Shown piece by piece: positions 7,975-16,396 of a stretch of DNA of 26,299 bases. The notes below the pieces were generated by a model. It worked only from the letters and a program-made list of their open reading frames with translations. It made no database searches and had not been told where the DNA came from. A program made the position numbers and the translations under genes. Position 1 is the stretch's first letter, and each line of letters begins with the position of its first letter. Origin of the DNA: a bacterium (GTDB taxonomy: Bacteria; Zhuqueibacterota; Zhuqueibacteria; Zhuqueibacterales; Zhuqueibacteraceae); the NCBI GenBank assembly GCA_044869275.1, contig JBIOXB010000171.1:1-26299 (forward strand), written 5' to 3'.

Positions 7975-8072
7975 TTTCTGATGACCTGCTCATCGAACTC
8001 ACGTTTTGGCAAGATAACGCTCAGCCGTCGCCGCGTTTGCGCCGCGGTCAGCGACTCCTTGCGTTCAAGCAC
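7975..8072 (-). pseudogene. Possible remnant of an IS701-family transposase C-terminus
   Basis: SLTAAQTRRRLSVILPKREFDEQ resembles the LTxPQVRxLLxxVLPKRxFD tail of IS701 transposases. Short fragment, recognised from memory. Confidence 0.4.
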
Positions 8073-8649
8073 TCAGATAATCTCCTAGTCCTGCCAGAGG
8101 CTGGCGCTGACAAACTGTTGCGTCGTTTGCACGTTGCCATCTTCATAAAACGGGACAGGCGTCCTCGTAAATGCATGTTCTTTGATGCTGCTGTTGGAAA
8201 AGCCAATCCAGTGTTTGAACTTCAATGAATTCCTGCAGCATCAACTCACCTTGAGCAAAGACGACTACTTCGACTGGGCGTAAAGTATGAAAAAGCCGGG
8301 CAAATGAACACGCCTTACGACAGCATCAAAGCACGGCTGCCGGAAATGCGCGATGATGTGGAGCGTTTGATTGACCAGGTCTTCGAATTCAACGTCCGAT
8401 TATTTCTTCTCGTGAACAATAGAACCGAGGGATGCGCACCAATTAACGTACAAGAAATGGACAAGCGGATTCGCAAACGACTATCACAGCACTCTCGCCG
8501 GCATTCTCCTCGATAGCGACATTGCGATACGCCAAAGCAGCCCAACCGGGTCACCAGCCCGTATCGAATTTTTCGCGTTGTCCCTTTTTGACTTTGCGAC
8601 CATAGCTACATGTGAACGCGTCGAAATCACAATCACACTTGATTAATTC

Positions 8650-8678
8650 TTGCATATTTTGGTCTTTTTGTATATACT
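8650..8678 (+). promoter_or_regulatory. Sigma70-type promoter for the AbiE operon
   Basis: TTGCAT-17 nt-TATACT, about 30 nt upstream of ATG 8710. Confidence 0.55.
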
Positions 8679-8709
8679 AATATCAGAAAGTTTCATTCTA
8701 TTAAACTCT

Positions 8710-9489
8710 ATGGCTACAATGAGTACAATTTTATCGAAAAAAGATGCTGAGCTGCTGGAGCGAGCTATTGCTCACAATGGACATTTGGTTAGTATCGATG
8801 ACCTGAAACGGATATTGAGAGGCAAATACCATGACTCAAAGATCAGACAACAGATCGCCCGACTGGCAAAGCGCGGTTGGTTAGTCAGAGTCAAACGAGG
8901 GCTGTATGTCGTGATTTCAGATATTACCTCTCTTGCTGCCAATAACATTTCAATGCTCCGGATTTCGAATGCCTTGAACAACCAGTCATATATCTCCCTC
9001 TCGTCGGCTTTCTTTTACTATGGCCTTGTTGATCAGTTGCTGCAATCAGTTACGGCCATTACCAATGCCCGAGCGCGGCAATATCATTTTCAAGGCTTTG
9101 CCTTTTCTTTTTCCAAAGTCCAAGACGATTTCTATTTTGGCTTTTCAGAGAAACGAGTGGAAGGAAAACTCGTAAAGATTGCCGATCTGGAAAAGGTGGT
9201 CTTGGATTTTCTCTATCTCAAAAAAGATACGTATTCACTTAATATGTTGTGGGAGAAGTTAACCGAGCATGCTGATGAATTTGATTTTGCCAAGCTTCAG
9301 CAGTACGCCATGCGATGTAATCTGACACTGAAACGGGCTACGGGGTTTTTGCTGGATCAGCTTGGTATCAATTCCAATAAGCTTCATGATTCGGTCAAAG
9401 ATCATAAAGGATATAGCCGGATGACTGCAGAAGCAGACCACTTTAATGCCAAATGGCGGCTCTACTATGACCATCGAATTATTAAGTAG
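8710..9489 (+). CDS. Type IV TA antitoxin, AbiEi family (wHTH plus C-terminal domain)
   Basis: LAKRGWLVRVKRGLY wHTH, SYISLSSAFFYYGL, IADLEKVVLDFLY, KWRL. Start at 8710 or 8719. Overlaps the downstream toxin start. Confidence 0.85.
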   Translation: MATMSTILSKKDAELLERAIAHNGHLVSIDDLKRILRGKYHDSKIRQQIARLAKRGWLVRVKRGLYVVISDITSLAANNISMLRISNALNNQSYISLSSAFFYYGLVDQLLQSVTAITNARARQYHFQGFAFSFSKVQDDFYFGFSEKRVEGKLVKIADLEKVVLDFLYLKKDTYSLNMLWEKLTEHADEFDFAKLQQYAMRCNLTLKRATGFLLDQLGINSNKLHDSVKDHKGYSRMTAEADHFNAKWRLYYDHRIIK

Positions 9490-10222
9490 GCAAGAACTGC
9501 AGCTGCGCAATAAACAGGGCATGAAGTATCCTTTGGCCGTAGCGGAAAAGGATTACTTTTTGGCGATTGTTTTGAAAATCCTCTATCACTCCGAGTTAGA
9601 AGAAGTCCTGGTCTTTAAAGGCGGCACTGCCCTGCATCACACGTACCTGCCTCAGCTACGCTTTTCACAGGATTTGGATTTTACGGGTTTGCGAAAAGTT
9701 ACGGTTGATGAACTCAAGTCAGTTTTTGATGCGTATGAGTTCTTAGAGGTGAAAAAGCACTATACCTCGGCAGCAACCGTGAAGATTGAGCGGTTACAAT
9801 ATCGAGAGCTCCTGGCAACGCCGGCATCACTTCGACTTGAAATTGATTTTCTTCAGAATGTGGTCTTGCCTGCCAAGCGATTGGCGTATAAGAATGTCTA
9901 TGGTGTTGACGTAAAAGCAAAGGTGATGGATATCCGGGAAATCTGTGCCGAAAAAATCAGAGCCATGAATGAGCGCTTTCGGTATCGGGATTTCTATGAT
10001 TTCGGAATGATCATGAAGGAGTTTAAGTTTGACCTGTCCACTATTGTGGAACTTCTCAAGCGTAAAGAACTCCGCGAGCCACTTAGGCTCAAAAATGTCC
10101 TTGATCATTGGCGTCTTGCCAGCCAAGCCAAAGATTTGGATCAAATCCACCTGACGCAAGATATCAGTGATGATGAAGTAGCCGTATATCTGAAAGCAAT
10201 TCCGCTCGAAATGTCAGCTTGA
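9467..10222 (+). CDS. Type IV TA toxin, AbiEii/DUF1814 nucleotidyltransferase
   Basis: EKDY, FKGGTAL, RFSQDLDF, AEKIRA and RDFYD motifs are all intact. Confidence 0.92.
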   Translation: MTIELLSRQELQLRNKQGMKYPLAVAEKDYFLAIVLKILYHSELEEVLVFKGGTALHHTYLPQLRFSQDLDFTGLRKVTVDELKSVFDAYEFLEVKKHYTSAATVKIERLQYRELLATPASLRLEIDFLQNVVLPAKRLAYKNVYGVDVKAKVMDIREICAEKIRAMNERFRYRDFYDFGMIMKEFKFDLSTIVELLKRKELREPLRLKNVLDHWRLASQAKDLDQIHLTQDISDDEVAVYLKAIPLEMSA

Positions 10223-10357
10223 GTGAATGTTCAACGAGTCATCGGCATGCATCCGCTCCTGCACGACAACACATCGCGGCTGGTTGCTGCGGATTTTGTT
10301 AGTGATCGCTGGATTGAGCGGGTAAAGAACGTTTTCAAACACTAAGTACTGGCGGGG

Positions 10358-10440
10358 CTTCGACAAGCTCAGCCACCGACAAGCTCAGCCGCCGATGAGA
10401 CGCTGCCTGAGCCTGTCGCGCTGCCTGAGCTTGTCGAAGG
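10358..10440. repeat. REP-like palindromic element (CTTCGACAAGCTCAG / CTGAGCTTGTCGAAG) with duplicated arms
   Basis: Two left arms (10358, 10377) and two right arms (10407, 10425). Confidence 0.85.
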
Positions 10441-10705
10441 CAGCATTTAGTGAGTGAACAAGCCCTCGCCCATCATTGCGCGCCACTTTGTCTTTCTTCT
10501 GCCAGCCTGGCAAGCTGTAACTTGCCAGACGTACCTGCCAATATTTTTGCAATGCATTCCCGCACTCGACAAAATTGTAACGTAATTCTATGCTTGTGAT
10601 CAAACCAGGTCATGGGGAAAAGCCGAACCGTATCACTGCAGTTGTGCAGTTCGCGGCAGTGATGCGACTCATGCCGAACGATCGTTAAGCTACAGGGACT
10701 GAACC

Positions 10706-11851
10706 ATGCCATACGCTGAACGCGCCAAGCTGTATCAAAAAATCGAAGCGCTGCGCGAGCGCCCACTGCTGGCCTACGTCACCAGCTCACGCCGGAATGC
10801 CGCCGGTCAAATCGATGCGGACGTACTGCCGCAATTTGCCAAACAACTGCTGGCGATTCCTGCAAATCACGACCATATCGATCTTTTGCTCGCCAGTGAA
10901 GCTGGTGATGCCATCGTCGCGTGGCGCGTGATGGGCCTGGTGCGGGAAAGATTCGCCAAAGTCGCCGTGCTTCTGCCGGAGGCCGCTTCCGGCGCCGCCG
11001 CGTTGCTCGCGCTGGGCGCCGATGAGATCGTGATGCACCCGTTCGCCACCCTCGGCCCGCTCACCGCGCCGCCGGTTTTTCCGAAGAGAAGCGAGGAGCA
11101 GCACAACGGCCAGACCGTGCAAGAGGCAGCATGGGGCGTGGAAGAACTGCGCCACTTCTTCAAATTCGTGGAAGCCCGGAAAGAGGAGTCGCCTGCCGGA
11201 GGCTGGGAGCGCGCGCTCGAGCTGGTTTGCAAAGAAGCAGGTGCCATGGCGATCGGAGCGGCGCTGCACCGCGCCAACGTGGCTGCGACGATCGGAGAAA
11301 AACTGCTCAACTGTCATCTAGACCAGAGCCGCGCGGTGGAAATCGCTATGGCGCTGCAGAGCGCATTCTCCTACGAGGGCTGTGTTTTGAACCGGCGCGA
11401 AGCCCAAGCCCTGGGGTTGCCCATCGTGCCTCCAGGAACTGAGCTGCAAGAACTGCTTTGGCAAATCTGGCAGGATGTGGAAGATGAAATGAAATGCCAC
11501 AAACCCTTCGACCCTCTCGAGCTCGTTTTTCGCAACAGCGAGGCGGCGGCCTTGCTCGGGCCGGTGCTGCAGATGCAATGGCCTGCCAATGCGCTGGCGG
11601 AAACGGCGCAACAAGTTTACGGCCATATTTTGCAGCAGGTGAGAAGCGTTCCCATCCCCGCCGTTGATTACTCTCTTTTTCAAGCCTTGCTCGAAAGTGT
11701 GCGTTGCAAGAGTGAATTTCGCTCCCAAGGCAAGATCAATGCAGCGCGGCAGCCGGACATGAGCATCGCCGTCAACTTGGCGCGCTTCACCCCCGGATGG
11801 AGGTTTTCGAAAAACTTGGACGCGCCCGCCGAAAATTCCTCCCAAAAATGA
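10706..11851 (+). CDS. SDH/ClpP-like (serine dehydrogenase-proteinase) family protein, probably catalytically inactive
   Basis: RPLLAYVTS, IDLLLASEAGD, LLALGADEIVMHPFATLGP and REAQALGL match the family scaffold, but the catalytic motifs are degenerate. Confidence 0.8.
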   Translation: MPYAERAKLYQKIEALRERPLLAYVTSSRRNAAGQIDADVLPQFAKQLLAIPANHDHIDLLLASEAGDAIVAWRVMGLVRERFAKVAVLLPEAASGAAALLALGADEIVMHPFATLGPLTAPPVFPKRSEEQHNGQTVQEAAWGVEELRHFFKFVEARKEESPAGGWERALELVCKEAGAMAIGAALHRANVAATIGEKLLNCHLDQSRAVEIAMALQSAFSYEGCVLNRREAQALGLPIVPPGTELQELLWQIWQDVEDEMKCHKPFDPLELVFRNSEAAALLGPVLQMQWPANALAETAQQVYGHILQQVRSVPIPAVDYSLFQALLESVRCKSEFRSQGKINAARQPDMSIAVNLARFTPGWRFSKNLDAPAENSSQK

Positions 11852-11852
11852 C

Positions 11853-11881
11853 TTGCCTTTGGAGGAGTCAATCGCTATTTT
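11853..11881 (+). promoter_or_regulatory. Candidate sigma70 promoter upstream of SRP RNA/dnaX
   Basis: TTGCCT-17 nt-TATTTT. Confidence 0.4.
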
Positions 11882-11993
11882 GCTCGTGAAAATTTACGGA
11901 CCGCTCGTGTGATGTTCACGACGGAGGGATTTTTTCCGAGCGTTGGGTGCTCACCTCGCCCCGCCCAAAAGTTCTCTCGGAAGATTTGAAAAT

Positions 11994-12090
11994 GGCCAAG
12001 ACCCGCGCAATCAGCGCGTGCCCAACCCCGCCAGGGCCGGAAGGCAGCAACGGTAAGCAATGCAATGATGTGCCGCGGGTTCTCTTGGCC
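11994..12090 (+). ncRNA. ffs: Signal recognition particle RNA (4.5S core)
   Basis: Helix-8 motif CCAGGGCCGGAAGGCAGCAACGG within the long hairpin GGCCAAGA-CCCGCG...CGCGGG-TCTTGGCC. Typical position upstream of dnaX. Confidence 0.9.
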
Positions 12091-12179
12091 TATTTTAGCA
12101 GCAGTGCCTTTCAGGCCGCGCCGGGAGTGGCCTGCTTCTCAGCATCGCATTCACCGGCGCTACGTGATGTGGAGTCGCA

Positions 12180-14036
12180 ATGTCCTACCTGGTGTTGGCC
12201 CGAAAGTGGCGGCCCAAGCAGTTTACCGAGGTCGTCGCGCAGCAGCATGTCACCCGCACTCTTGAAAACGCCATTCAACAAAATCGGCTGGCTTCGGCTT
12301 ATTTATTTGCGGGTCCGCGCGGCGTGGGCAAAACCACAATGGCGCGTCTGCTGGCGAAGGCGGTGAATTGTGAAAACGGACCGACGCCGGCACCATGCGA
12401 CCACTGCATCAACTGTGTTGAAATCGCCGGCGGCCGTAGTCTCGACGTCATCGAAATCGACGGCGCCTCCAATCGCGGCATCGACGAAGTCCGCAACCTG
12501 CGTGAAAACGCCCGCTTTGTGCCCGCCAAATCTGTCAAGAAAATTTATATCATCGACGAAGTACACATGTTGACGGACGCGGCTTTCAATGCCTTGCTCA
12601 AAATCATCGAAGAGCCGCCCTCGCACATTCTTTTCGTTTTCGCCACCACCGAAATTCACAAAGTTCCCGCCACCATTCTATCTCGCTGCCAGCGCTTCGA
12701 TTTCCGCCGCGTGCCGCTGCCGGAAATCGTCGGCCAACTCGCCATGATTTGCAAGAACGAGGGCGTGCAGGCCGATGAAGCGGCGCTGTATTTGATCGCC
12801 CGGCGCGCGGAAGGCAGCATGCGCGACAGCCAAAGCCTGCTGGATCAAGTCATTTCGTTTTGCGGCAACCGTATCGACCAGCAGGAAGTTTCCAAGCTCT
12901 TCGGTTTGATCGAGCAGGAATTGTTGTTCGAATGCACGGATGCCGTGGTGCAGCGCGATTACCGCCAGGCGGTTGTGTTCAGTGAAAAAATTCACAGCTC
13001 GGGCGTGCACCTGGGCGAGTTTTTCGAGCGCCTGGCCGAGCATTTGAGCAACATTCTGACCATTAAGCTGACCAATGACGTTGCGCCGCTGGTCGGGCTC
13101 GAAAGTTATGCGGAACAGTATCGGAAAGCCGCCGCGGCTTTGCGCGAAACCGAATTGCTGCAGCATTTGCAAATTGCCACCGAGGCACAGGCAAAATTGG
13201 CGCGCACTTCCAATCCCCGCATTTTGCTCGAAATGACGCTGCTGAAGATGGTGGCCATGGGCGAGCCCCCCGCCGTGAATTCAGGCACGGGCTCGAATGG
13301 CAATGCGCAGCCCGCCTCGTCGAAACCGGCTGCTGCCACTGCTGAGCGCGGGCCACAAACAGCCTCCGCATCTGCTGCTCTCAAAGTGGAGGGCTACGCG
13401 CTCGTTCCGCAAGTCAGCGCCAAAGTCGCAACCGCGGCCTCTGCCTCCGCGACCACTCCCACGCCTGTGGCTGAGCCGATCAACGGCGGTATGCTCTCGC
13501 AGGGCCTATTCGCGCATTTGCAGCCTGTGCCGGTGGTCAAAACCAAAGAACCGCCGCTGCCGCTGGCCGCGAATATCGCCGATGTGAACGCCGCGTTGCA
13601 TGCGATTCAAACACGCTGGCCGGCAATTTTGGAACAGGTCAAAACCCAACGCATCTCTTTGGGCTCCTTTTTGGAAGAAGGATTTCCCGCAAGCATTGTC
13701 GAGGGCGCGCTGGAAATCTGTTTTGCCAACGGCGATAGTTTTCAACTCAACACGGTGAATAACCAAAAAACCTTCATCCAGCAGATCATCCAACGCGAAA
13801 CCGGTTACTCGCTTCGCCTGGTATGTAGAAAAGGAGAAGCCCCAAACCGGCCCGCAATAGATGAAGCGCGTTTCGATGCTGCCGCGGCACCGGCGGCGCA
13901 GAGCGCGGAGCAAGCGGCACCAAACCCCGGCCCGCACCACAGCATGCAAACGGTGGAAGATTTGTTTCAGCATTACCCGCTGGTCAAGAAATTCGTCGAA
14001 GCGGTGGACGGCGAGCTCATTCGCCGTCACGCCTGA
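12180..14036 (+). CDS. dnaX: DNA polymerase III subunit gamma/tau
   Basis: LARKWRP, GPRGVGKTT, zinc-binding cysteines, EIDGASNRG, IIDEVHML, SRCQ, Ala/Pro-rich linker. Confidence 0.97.
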   Translation: MSYLVLARKWRPKQFTEVVAQQHVTRTLENAIQQNRLASAYLFAGPRGVGKTTMARLLAKAVNCENGPTPAPCDHCINCVEIAGGRSLDVIEIDGASNRGIDEVRNLRENARFVPAKSVKKIYIIDEVHMLTDAAFNALLKIIEEPPSHILFVFATTEIHKVPATILSRCQRFDFRRVPLPEIVGQLAMICKNEGVQADEAALYLIARRAEGSMRDSQSLLDQVISFCGNRIDQQEVSKLFGLIEQELLFECTDAVVQRDYRQAVVFSEKIHSSGVHLGEFFERLAEHLSNILTIKLTNDVAPLVGLESYAEQYRKAAAALRETELLQHLQIATEAQAKLARTSNPRILLEMTLLKMVAMGEPPAVNSGTGSNGNAQPASSKPAAATAERGPQTASASAALKVEGYALVPQVSAKVATAASASATTPTPVAEPINGGMLSQGLFAHLQPVPVVKTKEPPLPLAANIADVNAALHAIQTRWPAILEQVKTQRISLGSFLEEGFPASIVEGALEICFANGDSFQLNTVNNQKTFIQQIIQRETGYSLRLVCRKGEAPNRPAIDEARFDAAAAPAAQSAEQAAPNPGPHHSMQTVEDLFQHYPLVKKFVEAVDGELIRRHA

Positions 14037-14073
14037 TCGACGCCTCGTGAGTTCAAAGCAGGAGAGCAGGGCA

Positions 14074-14412
14074 ATGAGCCGGATCGGCATGAATGATATT
14101 TTGAAGCAGCTGCAAAAAGTTCAGGAAGAGATCGCGCAGACCCAGGAAAGCCTGGGCAAGCTGCACGTGGAAGGCACGGCCGGCGGCGGCATGGTCACGG
14201 TCGTGGCGAACGGGAAGCAGGAAGTTCTGGACATCAAAATCGAAAAGGGGGCCGTCGATCCGAACGACGTGGAATTGCTGGAGGACGTGATCGTGGCGGC
14301 TGTCAATCAAGCCTTGTCGCGCGCGCGCGAGCAGGCGAGTGCGCAAATGAACAAGGCCGCCGGCGGCATGCTGGGGAATTTGCCCGGGGGCATGAAAATT
14401 CCCGGACTATAA
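14074..14412 (+). CDS. ybaB: YbaB/EbfC nucleoid-associated protein
   Basis: GTAGGGMVTV, DVELLEDVIVAAVNQAL. RBS AGGAG; start at 14074; lies between dnaX and recR. Confidence 0.93.
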   Translation: MSRIGMNDILKQLQKVQEEIAQTQESLGKLHVEGTAGGGMVTVVANGKQEVLDIKIEKGAVDPNDVELLEDVIVAAVNQALSRAREQASAQMNKAAGGMLGNLPGGMKIPGL

Positions 14413-14425
14413 ACGGCGGCTCGGC

Positions 14426-15022
14426 ATGCAATATCTGTCCGGAACGCTCGAGACCGCGATCGTGGAATTGTCCAAATTGCCCGGCATCGGGCGCAAAACG
14501 GCGCAGCGCTTAACTTTTCATTTGTTGAAGGTGCAACGCGGCGAAGTGGAAGCGCTGGCGGCGGCACTCGTGGCGCTGAAGGAAAAAGTGCTGAGCTGCT
14601 CGCGCTGCTTTAATCTCACCGACGCCGATCCTTGCGCGATTTGCGCGCATCCCAAGCGCGAGCAGAAAATTCTGTGCGTGGTCGAAGAGGCCAATGACGT
14701 GCTGGCCTTGGAAAAAACCGGCGAGTTCCGCGGCTTGTACCACGTGCTCGGCGGCGCGCTTTCCCCGCTCGACGGCATCGGGCCGGACGAATTGCGCATT
14801 CGCGAGTTGCTGGCGCGCGTGCAAAACGGTGCGGTGGAGGTGATCCTCGCCACCAATCCCAACACCGAAGGTGAGGCCACGGCGATTTATTTGGCGAACT
14901 TGATCAAGCCACTGGGCGTGAGAGTAACCCGCATCGCGCGCGGCTTGCCCGTCGGCGGAGATTTGGAATTTACGGACGAAGTGACGCTGTCACGCGCGTT
15001 GACAGGACGTGTGCTTTGGTAA
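14426..15022 (+). CDS. recR: Recombination mediator RecR
   Basis: LPGIGRKTAQRL HhH, C4 zinc finger, YHVLGG, EGEATA toprim. Confidence 0.97.
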   Translation: MQYLSGTLETAIVELSKLPGIGRKTAQRLTFHLLKVQRGEVEALAAALVALKEKVLSCSRCFNLTDADPCAICAHPKREQKILCVVEEANDVLALEKTGEFRGLYHVLGGALSPLDGIGPDELRIRELLARVQNGAVEVILATNPNTEGEATAIYLANLIKPLGVRVTRIARGLPVGGDLEFTDEVTLSRALTGRVLW

Positions 15023-15049
15023 ACAACTTCAGGACGCACGAGCTGAGAC

Positions 15050-15673
15050 ATGAGCCTTCCCAACCAACTGACCCTGCTGCGCATCGCGCTGACGCCAGTG
15101 CTGGTGGTCACGCTTTATTTCGAAACACTCGCTTTTCGCCTCGCGGCGCTGGCGGTTTTTTTGCTCGCCGCGCTGACGGATTGGTATGACGGCAGGCTCG
15201 CGCGCCGGTTGAACTATGTGTCAAGGCTCGGCAATTTCCTCGATCCTCTTGCCGACAAAATCCTAGTACTTTCCACCTTTTTCGCACTGGCCTGCAACGG
15301 CATTGTTGCCATGTGGATGGTGGTCGCCATCACCGTGCGCGATATCGTGATCACGCTGCTGCGCTTGTATGCAGATTGGAAGCGCCAGCCCGTGGTTACC
15401 AGTGCTTCCGCCAAATGGAAAACCGCCAGCCAGATGGCCGCCATTTACCTCATCCTGCTCTACCTCATTGGCCGCGCCGCCCTGCCCAACACCGGCGGCC
15501 CGGGCTGGGGAACATGGAGTGATTGGGACACCGGTTTGCACGTGATGATGCAAGTGGTGACCTGGATCACGATTGCCACCGCCGTGCAGTATTTGGTCGA
15601 GAATCGCGGGCACGTGCGCAGTTTGGCGCTCGCCTGTCTTCGGGCCTTTGTGCCGGGCAACCTGGCAAAGTAA
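15050..15673 (+). CDS. pgsA: CDP-diacylglycerol--glycerol-3-phosphate 3-phosphatidyltransferase
   Basis: LPNQLTLLRI and DWYDGRLAR...GNFLDPLADK CDP-alcohol phosphotransferase motif. Confidence 0.9.
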   Translation: MSLPNQLTLLRIALTPVLVVTLYFETLAFRLAALAVFLLAALTDWYDGRLARRLNYVSRLGNFLDPLADKILVLSTFFALACNGIVAMWMVVAITVRDIVITLLRLYADWKRQPVVTSASAKWKTASQMAAIYLILLYLIGRAALPNTGGPGWGTWSDWDTGLHVMMQVVTWITIATAVQYLVENRGHVRSLALACLRAFVPGNLAK

Positions 15674-15674
15674 A

Positions 15675-16148
15675 TTGCCCGCTCGCGCGCCAATCATTCC
15701 CCGGTTGTTCGCCACCGTTCTCGGCGCAGGCTATTCACCTTTTGCGCCGGGCACCGCCGGCAGTCTCGTCGCTGCTCTTGCATTTCTTTTCCTGCCGACT
15801 TATCTTCCCCCGATGGTTTTCAGCGCCGGTTTGATCGCGCTTTTTTTGGCCGCCGTTTGGTCGGCGGAGGCCGTGGCTAAAGCAGAAAACCGGCACGATC
15901 CCTCGCATGTCGTGATTGATGAAGTGATGGGCATGGCGGTCTCCATCGCGTTTTTGCCATGGACCTTCGCCACGATCGCAGCGGGCTTTGTTTTATTTCG
16001 GATCTTTGATATCACCAAGCCCTTTCCGGCACGGCGCAGCGAGAAACTGCCCGGGGGCTGGGGCATCGTCATGGACGACGTGGTGGCGGGGATTTATGCG
16101 AATATTGTTTTGAGACTAGTCATGCAATACACGGAGTTATTCAAATAA
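15675..16148 (+). CDS. pgpA: Phosphatidylglycerophosphatase A
   Basis: PFAPGTAGS, HDPSHVVIDEVMG, LFRIFDITKPFP, GIVMDD. Probable TTG start just after the pgsA stop. Confidence 0.92.
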   Translation: MPARAPIIPRLFATVLGAGYSPFAPGTAGSLVAALAFLFLPTYLPPMVFSAGLIALFLAAVWSAEAVAKAENRHDPSHVVIDEVMGMAVSIAFLPWTFATIAAGFVLFRIFDITKPFPARRSEKLPGGWGIVMDDVVAGIYANIVLRLVMQYTELFK

Positions 16149-16260
16149 GCGGCAATACCGCAGGGGAACGGTGTCATTCAGGAGTCCCGAAGCGTCAGCA
16201 ATTTTTTCCGGTTAGACTCCTTCTACACTAATTTGACAAGTTCAATACTAAGACAGAACT

Positions 16261-16300
16261 AAAATCCGCGAAAATCCGCCTAATCCGTGTCATCCGTGGT
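16261..16300. repeat. Short direct repeat (ATCCGYG-type, 4 copies at 9-10 nt spacing)
   Basis: aaaatccgcg aaaatccgcc taatccgtg tcatccgtgg. Confidence 0.6.
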
Positions 16301-16396
16301 TAAAGGAGTATATAAAACTACACCCGAAAAATCTCTGAAGCGCCGGGATTGCGGTGCCGATGCCCTCAAGGTTTCTCCAGCAGGCAAGAGAAAAAT

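Noticed and set aside
7697..8228. ORFs 7697-7981, 7737-8072 and 7863-8228 as real proteins
   Set aside because: They overlap the symmetric repeat and gene remnants on both strands and show no coherent protein-level conservation.
5640..10450. Prophage or integrative element with att sites at tRNA-Ser(GGA)
   Set aside because: No integrase, phage genes or duplicated tRNA 3' end were found by eye.
10590..10700. Riboswitch upstream of the SDH-like gene
   Set aside because: A hairpin (TCACTGC/GCAGTGA) exists but matches no aptamer consensus I recognise.
11895..11990. 6S RNA upstream of ffs
   Set aside because: Only a short GATGTTC resemblance. There is no ~180-nt rod with a central bubble independent of the SRP hairpin.
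13250..13800. Programmed frameshift in dnaX producing gamma
   Set aside because: No A AAA AAG slippery site or long A-run was found in the linker. The A6 at ~13765 is not sufficient evidence.
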